Of a stretch of DNA of 64,000 bases, positions 54,870 through 64,000 are shown piece by piece. The notes under the pieces were generated by a model, which did not search any database, was not told the DNA's origin, and saw nothing but the letters and a program-made list of their open reading frames with translations. Made by a program: the position numbers and the translations under genes. Source of the DNA: Octopus sinensis (taxonomy: Eukaryota); assembly GCF_006345805.1 (NCBI RefSeq), contig NC_043006.1, positions 69,316,001 to 69,380,000 of the forward strand, read 5' to 3'. Numbering within the stretch: the stretch's first letter is position 1; every line of letters begins with the position of its first letter.

Positions 54870-57480
54870 TTGTGTGTGTGTGTCTGTATATTAGATTTAT
54901 TTTATTTTATTTACTTATTTATTTATTTTATTATGTATTTTTATTATGTATATGTTATATGTATATTTGAGGATATATTATTATGGATGATTGGGTGTAT
55001 TTAGTGGTGTATATATTGAGTTTTGTATGTATGTGTGTATGTTTACGATCCCTTTGTATTTTATTTGGTATGTTGAACATGGCAGTTTTATTTGGGTATT
55101 GTCTGTTATAATATACGTTTATATAGATATTTAGGAGATTGTCCGTGAATATGTAGGTATGGGTGTGTATGTATGTGTGCGTGTGTACAAGTGCAAGTGT
55201 AGATGCGGGAGTGTATGAGGGCTATGTAATTGAGTGGGATTATTTATGCACTTGTATACATGTATGTTTTGAATGTGCGTGTGTTTGCACCCGTCTGCGT
55301 GTACACACTCATATATAAATATATATATATATATATATTAATATTTATTTACTTTTTTGAAAGACTGTTTTTTATATATATGTGTATGTGATGATATGTG
55401 TGAATGTATATATATATATATTTTTTTTATATATATATATATATGCTTATGTTTGTATATGTATTTATTTAATAATTTATTGAGTGTGGGAATGAATATA
55501 TTGGTGTATATATCGAGGTTTGTACGTATGTATATGTTTGTGAGTGTGTATATGGTTATGTTTGTGGGTGTATGTATATATGTGTGTGTATTTGTGTGTG
55601 TTGTATTTTTGGTAAGGGGTTTTATCTTTTATTTGTATGTATGGATTTCATTTATTTTATTTAGAATTTTTTGGTCTTTAGTCCCTATGCATTATAGCTT
55701 GGTTTGTTGTTCGTGGTAGTTTTTATTGGGTATTGTTTTGTAGCCATTTATACGTATTTTGGATGTCTAGGAGAGTGTCCGTGAATATGCATGTTGATGG
55801 GTGTGTGTGCATGTGTGCGCGTGTATAAGTGCATGTGTAGATGTGGGAGTGCATGGTGCTATGTAAAAGTGTGTGCTTGTGTATGCACTTGTATACATGC
55901 ATGATTGATGTGCGTGAGATTGCACCCATTTTTTAAGGATGTATATGTTTATTTATCTGTATGGGTGTGGGAGTGAATTTTGGTGTATATATTGAGGTTT
56001 ATACGTATGTATAGGTATATGTGAGTAGGGTGGGTATTTGTATATGTTGTGGGTGTGTGGTTTACGTGTGTGTATTTGTGTGTGGATGTATAGGTTAAGG
56101 GGATTGCTATATAGGTATGTTATAGTGTTTAGTAAAGGGAGGTTTTATCATTATATGTATTTATGAGTTTTCGTTTATCATGGTAGTTTTATTAAAGAAT
56201 TTGTAGTAATTTCTGTATATTTAAGATGTTTGATATTTTATTACATTATTCCATTCATAATTTTTAAGTAATGTTCGTTTACCACGCGCGAAGAATTTTT
56301 AATTCCATATATTCCATTCATAATTTTGAGTGACGTTCGTTTACATAGCGAGAAGACTTTTTATACATATGTTAGGTTCCTATGGTAACGTACTTTTGTT
56401 TGACGTTATAACGGCTAGAGTTTAATTTCACTTCATAAATTGAAACTGATTTGAAAGTATGTATATATTTTTTCTCCTTATGGTAATCTTGTTACTTATG
56501 ATATTCTGGTTAATTATGGAGTATTTTCTATATCGTATTATGTGTAATAATGTTGTTTTTCTTTTGAGTGTTTATGTATGTGTGAATGTGTGTGTGTGTG
56601 CGTATTTTGGTTGTGTAATTTATTTATCTGTATGAGTGTGGGTGTGAACATATTGTTGTATATATCGAGTTTAGTACGTATGTATATGTATATGTGAGGG
56701 GGTATACGTATATGTTGTGTGTGTGTGTTTTACGTATATGTATTTGTGTGTGAATGTATATATGGAGATTGCTATATAGGTATAATTGTGTATGGTTAAA
56801 GGGAGTTTTATCATTATATGTATATATGGGTTTTTTTATCATGATGGTTTATTAATGATTTGGAGTAAATTTTGTATATTTACGTTGATTATATATTATT
56901 CCATTCATAATTTTTAAAAATACGTTCGATCACCACGTGTAAAGAATTGTTTATTTTTCTTTTGAGTGTTTATGTATGTGTGAATGTGGGTGGTGTGTGT
57001 GTGTGATTGTTTGCGTAATTTATTATCTGTATAGATGTGGGTGTGAATATATGGTGTATATATCGAGTTCTGTATGTATGTATATGTTGTGAGCGGGTAT
57101 ATGTATATTTTTTGTATGTGGGTTGTATGTGTGTGTGAGGAGTATGAATAAGTAATGTGTTGAAGTATTGGCTATTTTATTTATTTATCGTTGCCTAGAC
57201 GTTTTTATGTGTATGTATAGGGATATATATAGGTGTGTGAGTTAGTGTATGTGTTTAGATATGGTTATATATACTTAGTTATAAGTGTATGCGTATGTGT
57301 GTATATATAGTTTATTTATCTTTTTGTTTTATATTTAATTGTTGATAGGGTTGATTTTAGATTATATATTGATTATATATGGACTATATATAGGTTATAT
57401 ATAGATTATATATTTATATTTTTTTATTATTTTAAAATTATTTTAAAATTATATTTTAATGTATTGATATTTTAGATCGG
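54870..57480 (+). repeat. C-poor, G/T-rich region with old internal duplications (~630-670 bp period)
   Basis: 55080-55290 resembles 55710-55930; 55960-56250 resembles 56625-56930; ggtgtatatatYgag recurs about 5 times. Confidence 0.65.
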
Positions 57481-57484
57481 AAAT

Positions 57485-57527
57485 CCACCTGAAGATTGTC
57501 ATTGAGGACATGAAACAATTGTAGTGG
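57485..57527 (+). ncRNA. Minimal type I hammerhead ribozyme motif
   Basis: CCAC CUGAAGA U-UGUC auugag GACA-U GAAA CAAUUG UA^ GUGG: stem I 4 bp, stem II 4 bp plus U.U, palindromic stem III, GUA triplet. Confidence 0.8.
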
Positions 57528-57643
57528 CGGTTTTTTTACTTTTTATTAAAATTTTATGTATTGAATAAGTCTTTCCTTGTTTGTTTTACGAAATAGTGGT
57601 TTTGTCTCTAATTAATATTATATATATATATATATATATACAT

Positions 57644-57677
<34 letters not shown>

Positions 57678-57934
57678 GTTTAACAATTAAGGATAATCTC
57701 TTAATAAGGGATCTTAACAAGAAATTATCGGGCAGCTAGCGTGAAAACCTCATAAAGGAAAAGAATTCGAAAATAATTTTTTTCTTTTGAACAAATTAAT
57801 TATATCTATATTGTATAGAGGGCATTATTACACATAAATGCCTCACACTAAGAGGGACAAAGTCATTACTACCAAAATTTACTAATCATACCAAATGCAG
57901 TTTTTCAAAGCAAGACATTTAAAAAAATGAATTT

Positions 57935-57993
57935 AGTTCTGTATCACCGTGATTTCACATTCAACTTTACGTCTTATGATCCTCAGCAGAACT
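57935..57993 (-). ncRNA. Type I hammerhead ribozyme motif, array unit 1
   Basis: AGUUCUG CUGAGGA U-CAU[15 nt]AUG-U GAAA UCACGGUGA UA^ CAGAACU: perfect 7-bp stem I, AUA triplet, predicted cut between 57942 and 57941. Confidence 0.8.
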
Positions 57994-58412
57994 GATTCTG
58001 AACACATCATAAATAAACTACCAACCTTACGTAGCGAAGACGAACAGACAACTGCTCACTCCGGCCAAGCACATGGAATGTTTATAAATCATATATCCGG
58101 TAAATGGCGGGCTTTTTACGAACTGCATGTCGGATAATGAAAAGTATTTCGGAATAAGTTTAACAATTAAGGATAATCTCTTATAAGGGATCTTAACAAG
58201 AAATTATCGGGCAGCTAGCGTGAAAACTCATAAAGAAAAGAATTCGAAATATAATTTTTTTGTTTTGAACAAATTAATTATATCTATATTGTATAGAGGG
58301 CATTATTACACATAATGCCTCACACTAAGAGGGACAAAGTCATTACTACCAAAATTATACTAATCTACCCAAATGCAGTTTTTCAAAGCAAGACATTTAA
58401 AAAAATGAATTT

Positions 58413-58471
58413 AGTTCTGTATCACCGTGATTTCACATTCAACTTTACGTCTTATGATCCTCAGCAGAACT
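58413..58471 (-). ncRNA. Type I hammerhead ribozyme motif, array unit 2
   Basis: Identical to the unit 1 motif. Confidence 0.8.
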
Positions 58472-58892
58472 GATTCTGAACACATCATAAATAAACTACA
58501 ACCTTACGTAGCGAAGACGAACAGACAACTGCTCACTCCGGCCAAGCACATGGAATGTTTATAAATCATATATCCGGTAAATGGCGGGCTTTTTACGAAC
58601 TGCATGTCGGATAATGAAAAGTATTTCGGAATAAGTTTAACAATTAAGGATAATCTCTTAATAAGGGATCTTAACAAGAAATTATCGGGCAGCTAGCGTG
58701 AAAACCTCATAAAAGAAAAGAATTCGAAAATAATTTTTTTCTTTTGAAAAATTAATTATATCTATATTGTATAGAGGGCATTATTACACATAAATGCCTC
58801 ACACTAAGAGGGACAAAGTCATTACTACCAAAATTATACTAATCATACCCAAATGCAGTTTTTCAAAGCAAGACATTTAAAAAAATGAATTT

Positions 58893-58951
58893 AGTTCTGT
58901 ATCACCGTGATTTCACATTCAACTTTACGTCTTATGATCCAGCAGCAAACT
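58893..58951 (-). ncRNA. Hammerhead motif, array unit 3 (core disrupted as assembled)
   Basis: Reads UUUGCUGCUGGAUC instead of UUCUGCUGAGGAUC; may be a real mutation or a consensus error. Confidence 0.5.
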
Positions 58952-59362
58952 GATTCTGAACACATCATAAATAAACTACCAACCTTACGTAGCGAAGACA
59001 ACAGACAACTGCTCACTCCGGCCAAGCACATGGAATGTTTATAAATCATATATCCGGTAAATGGCGGGCTTTTTACGAACTGCATGTCGGGTAATGAAAA
59101 GTATTTCGGAATAAGTTTAACAATTAAGGATAATCTCTTAATAAGGGATCTTAACAAGAAATTTCGGGCAGCTAGCGTGAAAACTCATAAAGAAAAGAAT
59201 CGAAAAATTTTTTTGTTTTGAACAAATTATTAATATCTATATGGTATAGAGGGCATTTACACATAATGCCTCACACTAAGAGGGACAAAGTCATTATACA
59301 AAATTATACTAATCATACCCAAATGCAGTTTTTCAAAGCAAGACATTTAAAAAAATGAATTT

Positions 59363-59419
59363 AGTTCTGTATCACCGTGATTTCACATTCAACTTTACGT
59401 TTATGATCCTCAGCAAACT
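59363..59419 (-). ncRNA. Hammerhead motif, array unit 4 (core intact, 1-nt deletions in stem I and loop II)
   Basis: AGUUUG CUGAGGA UCAU...AUGU GAAA UCACGGUGA UA CAGAACU. Confidence 0.7.
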
Positions 59420-59654
59420 GATTCTGAACAACATCATAAATAAACTACCAACCTTACGTAGCGAGACGAACAGACACACTGCTCACTCCGGCCAAGCACA
59501 TGGAATGTTTATAAATCATATATCGGTAAATGGCGGGCTTTTTACGAACTGCATGTCGGGTAATGAAAAGTATTTCGATAAGTTTAACAATTAAGGATAA
59601 TCTCTTAATAAGGGATCTTAACAAGAAATTATGTATATATATATATATATATAT

Positions 59655-61745
59655 GATTGATTGATTGATTGATTGATTCCAGTTTCAGCTCATGAGCTGT
59701 GGCCATGCTGGGGCACCGCCATTTGGTGTTGCTACTTGGTTTTACTTCATGGAGGCTTTCTAGCAACTGCTATTTGGTGCATGAGAGAGTTCGATGCAGC
59801 TGCCCTCATCTGCCCCTCCTGGCCGTGAAGTTGGTTCATCTGGGACACCTGACAGGAAGAGATCCAGCTCCATTTTAAAGACATCTGTATCCACCCCATG
59901 CAGGTCTCTCAGGTTCATCGGGAGGATATTGAAGAGCTGTGGGCCTCGGAAGCCCAGGCTATCACAGAACTTGTCCTACATCTTGATGGCAAGTTTGAGT
60001 CCTAGGCACCACCAGTGGCGCCCAGTTCTGGCGTTTGCGTAACTCTCGATGCCAAAGTTCAGGACACTTCCCTCCAGGATCTTCCAGATGTATATTATGG
60101 CATATTTTCCCGCCTACGCTCCAGGGAATATAATTTTAATCTCTTGAGTCTTTCCAGTAGCTTACATCTGCATAGAGGCTATCTTCTTCGTGTAGCTTCG
60201 TTGGATCGCCTCAGTTCTGTGATCAACTTGACACTGGATGGTGACCATAGCTGAGAGCAATAGTCAAAGTGACTTAGGACAAGTGTCTTCCAGAGGACCA
60301 TCATGGTTCTTGTTCTCTTGTTCTAAAGGTTCTAAGAATCCATCCAGCAGACGTCTGCATTTCACTGTCAGTTTAGCAACATGTACATGAAGGTCGCGTC
60401 ATCACTCATGTGAATACCCAGGTCACGCACTGATTGTGCCTCTGGGATTGCAATCCCTCCGGGCCAGTGTATTCCTTGGGTATTGCATTCAGTTTTGCAT
60501 GCTGATAGTATAAAGCTTGAAACTTTTCAGCATTGAACTGCATGCTATTCTTTTCAGCCCACTGGTAAATTTCGTCCAGCTCATATTGCAGGTGCCTAGT
60601 GTCTTCAGGGTTCTGTATTGCCTGTGAAACTTTTGGTATCATCTGCATAACTTGTGATCGTGGCTCTCCGCGTGGCTGAGGGCATGTCTGAGAGGGCCAT
60701 TATGAACAGTAGTGGTCCCAAAACAGTGCCTGTGGAACACCGCTCACTATTTGCGTGCTAATGGAAGTGGCCCCATTGGCTACTACCACCGACTTCTATT
60801 CTTCAGAAAGTCGTGAAGCCATTCTCCTAGTTTTCCAACTATGCCAAGATCACGCAGGTTGTGGACATATCATTCCATGATCGACTTTATCGAAGGCCTT
60901 TGCGAAGTCGAGATATATGACTTCCACATTTGAGTGGTTGAGCAGTTGTTTCAGCACCCAGTCATAGTGCTGCAGGAGCTGAGTTAAGCAGCTTTCTTCC
61001 TGGTCGGAAACCATGTTTGGTGTCAGGCAGCAAGTCATATTACTTCAGGAAGTGATTAGTTTCCTTCTGACTATTCGTTCCATGACCTTGCTGATGTGTG
61101 AGGTCAGAGAGATAGTCTGTAGTTCTTGGCCTCCGCTCTGCTACCTCCTTTATGAAAGAGGGCATATTTTAACCTTCCTTCAGTTTTCTTGGAAGTTTGA
61201 CAGCTGCAAGGAAGCTCTGAAAGAGGAACTGCAGTGGTCTTGCTAAGACTCTCTTACATACTTTTAGGAGGATTGCCGGAATCCATCGGGCCATAGCTGA
61301 GTCTATTTTCATTTCATCTATAGCCTTTATTACATCATCTTCCTTTATATCGATGTAATTAATTTAACGTCGCCGCCTCTGATTCTATATCTGCAGTGGT
61401 AAAAAGTCAGTTGGATTGCTGATTTGGAAATGCCCAAGGGGTGGAGTGAAAAACACTCTTGAATTGTTCATTCAGTATTTCACTTACCCTCATTGGTTTT
61501 TGTGAGTGTGCCATCCTTTTCAAGGAGTGGCCCTATCCTACAGTGCACCGTAGCTGTTCTTTGGCATACCTGTAGAAAGCTCTGGGTTAGTTTTTTGTTG
61601 TCTATAGCCCAGGCTTCTTGTCTGCTCTTTCCTTCTCAGGAGAGTTGCAGACAATTTTCAATTTCCAACAGTTTTATTTTCAGGCGGGACTTTTCACTGC
61701 TTTCAATTTGTTGTTTAGGCGATTGAGATTTTTGTGCGCCGTCTC
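59655..61745 (-). mobile_element. CR1-group LINE, 5'-truncated and frameshifted, with (AATC)n tail
   Basis: YLDFAKAFDKVDHG, LGPLLF, YADDTKVSQ, WAEKNSMQFN; tail (gatt)n at 59655-59678. Confidence 0.9.
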
Positions 61746-61769
61746 ATTAAAATTTTTCTCTCTCTTATA

Positions 61770-61804
<35 letters not shown>

Positions 61805-62084
61805 GTAAATATATACGAGGTCGGATCAACCAGAAAACCGGGTATAAAAAAAGGTTAAAAGTTTAAAAGTTTAAAAATTTATAATATAAAAATATAAAAA
61901 ATAAATTTTTTAATTTCAATTTCAATAATTTAAATTTTAAATTTTATATTTTAATATATTTTGTATATTATATTAATTATATTTATTTTTGTTTTATTTT
62001 TATATTTATTTTATGTTTGGTTTATGTCTATCACTGTTTGAGTTGCCTAATAGTGGTTTTATCTCTAATTTAAATTATTTATAT

Positions 62085-64000
62085 TTATAACCTCACCAAC
62101 GCCTTATTCATGGAGCAAGTTGTAACTCAAACCAACTAGGGCGAATAACATTCTGGATCTCTGCTTCACGAACATATGGACATCATTATGATGTGAAAGT
62201 GACACCGACATTAGTTTCGGATCACACCATAATAGAGCTGTCTATGTTTGGGCCAAAAGTAACCAGAGATATACAGCCTAAAGGAAGCACCCGAAATCTC
62301 TCCAATCTGAACTTCACAAAGCAGATTGGAAATCGATCCAAAAAAAGAGATCTCAGAGAGGACTGGCCGGAATGTCTCTCACACCAGACATTGACATGAA
62401 ACTAGAATGTTTCATGTCTTCTGTGCAAGCCGTATGCCAGAAATATGTCCCAGAGCACAAGGCCAAAACAAATAGAAGCAAGATTCCAAGAGACAGGAAG
62501 ATCCTCATGAGACGACGGACGAAGGATGCAAATCGTCTCAACCAACATCCTAAAAGAAGCGAAACGTCCCGCCCAAAAACAACACTGATGGAGATCGGAA
62601 AAAGGCTGCAACAATCCTATGTGAGGGAGAAAGCAGACAAAGAAGCCTGGGTTATAAAAAACATTAAATCAAACCCAAAGGCCTTCTTTCATTACGTGAA
62701 AGAAACAGTGTCAGTACACTACAAGATAGGAAGCCCCCTCCAAAAGGATGGCTCCCTCACAGACAGTCCAACTAAGATCAGTGAGATGCTGAATGACCAG
62801 TTCAAAAGTGTCTTTACCACCCCGTTGGGACACAGACAAGTGAACAAACTAGTGGACTTCTTTGCCGCCTCACCTATAACCAGCGAGGCGGTTACAATAG
62901 AATGTATTGACATTAGCGAAGATGTCCTACTAGCCATAGATGAAGTGGACACAAACTCAACTGCTGGTCCAGATGGTTTCCCAGCAATCCTCCTCAAAGC
63001 GTGTAAGCATGCCCTGGCAAAACCACTCAAGATTCCCTTCCAGAGCTTTCTTACAAATGACAAACTGCCAAGCAAGCTGAAGGAGGGAATAATATGCCCA
63101 ATACATAAAGGGGGAAGTAGAGCAGATGCCAAAAACTATAGGCCTGTCTCTCTGACTTCACACATCAGCAAAGTCATGGAACAGATAGTCAGAAAGAAAC
63201 TAATCGCATTCCTTGAGGAAAATAACTTGCTGAGTGATACCCAGCATGGTTTTCGACCAGGTAGGAACTGCCTGACCCAGCTCTTACAACATTATGACTG
63301 GGTGTTGAGGCAGTTACTCAACAAATCAAATGTGGACGTAATCTACCTTGATTTTGCAAAAGCTTTTGACAAGGTGGATCATGGTATGATATGCCACAAA
63401 CTGCGTAACCTTGGCATAGCTGGAAAACTTGGAGTGTGGTAACATGACTTCCTGAAAGATAGGAGTCAGGCAGTAGTGGTTAATGGAGCCACCTCTATGA
63501 ACACAAAATAGTAAGTGGTGTTCCACAAGGCACTATCTTGGGACCACTACTTTTTATAGTGGCCCTCTCAGATATGCACTCAAATGCCCGGATAGCCACT
63601 CTGGCAAGCTATGCAAACGATACGAAAGTCTCGCAGAAAATACAGAACCCCAGCGATGTTGCACACCTGCAGCAGGAGTTGGACTCAATCTACAGATGGG
63701 CTGAGGATAATAATATGCAGTTTATTGCTGAAAAATTCCGGGCCCTGCACTACCAGCATCCAAAACTGAATATTAAACTTACAGGATACACCGGTCCACA
63801 GGGAATTTCAATCCCAGAGCCTAAGTCTGTGACGGACCTGGGTATCAACATGAGTGAGGATACCTCTTTCCAAGTTCACATTACCAGGATGGCGAAAAAG
63901 TGCAGACGACTGGCTGGATAGATCCTAAGAACATTCAGAACCAGAGATAAGGAAACCATGATGGTCCTCTGGCGGAAATTCGTCCTCAGCCGCATTGATT
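62085..64000 (+). mobile_element. CR1-group LINE ORF2 pseudogene (APE C-terminus plus RT), runs off the window end
   Basis: LDLCFT, VSDH; ORF 62372-63442 with YRPVSLTS, QHGFRPGR, YLDFAKAFDKVDH; in-frame TAA at about 63440; GVPQGTILGPLLF; YANDTK in place of YADD. Confidence 0.92.

Larger units (their letters stand above)
57675..59632 (-). repeat. Tandem array of 4.1 ~480-bp units, each with a hammerhead motif (retrozyme-like), inserted in (TA)n
   Basis: Unit starts at 57675, 58155, 58632, 59112, 59579; near-identical units differing mainly by 1-nt indels; no ORF. Confidence 0.93.

Noticed and set aside
57675-59632. Tandem array as a CRISPR array or coding repeat
   Set aside because: Whole-unit repeats without unique spacers, eukaryotic context, and only short ORFs that break between units
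59655-64000. Head-to-head CR1-like pair as one twin-primed inversion or large inverted repeat
   Set aside because: They cover overlapping parts of ORF2 and are clearly diverged (roughly 70% by eye), so they are two independent insertions

Overview
Repeat-saturated, AT-rich animal genomic DNA with one 100-N scaffold gap. It is most likely octopus/cephalopod; this is inferred from the SINE families and microsatellite load, not from a search. No intact host gene is recognisable, and almost all long ORFs in the track are microsatellite read-throughs. Content: many tRNA-derived SINEs, seven R4/Dong-type (RLE) non-LTR fragments (several in (TAA)n tracts), RTE and CR1-like LINE relics, mariner relics, two MITEs and an internally deleted Ty3/Gypsy element. 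The main result is a set of type I hammerhead ribozyme (HHR) motifs, folded by eye, in at least four unrelated non-coding repeat families plus one degenerate copy. They occur in a 4.1-copy ~480-bp tandem array (57675-59632), a ~1.6-kb fold-back element built from 584-bp units (35743-37365), a 555-bp unit element (37391-38228) and a G/T-rich element ending at 57527. All have self-complementary stem III (dimer-type) and most have a non-canonical first pair of stem II. They resemble Penelope-derived pLTR or non-LTR retrozyme elements and may produce circular RNAs; activity is untested.
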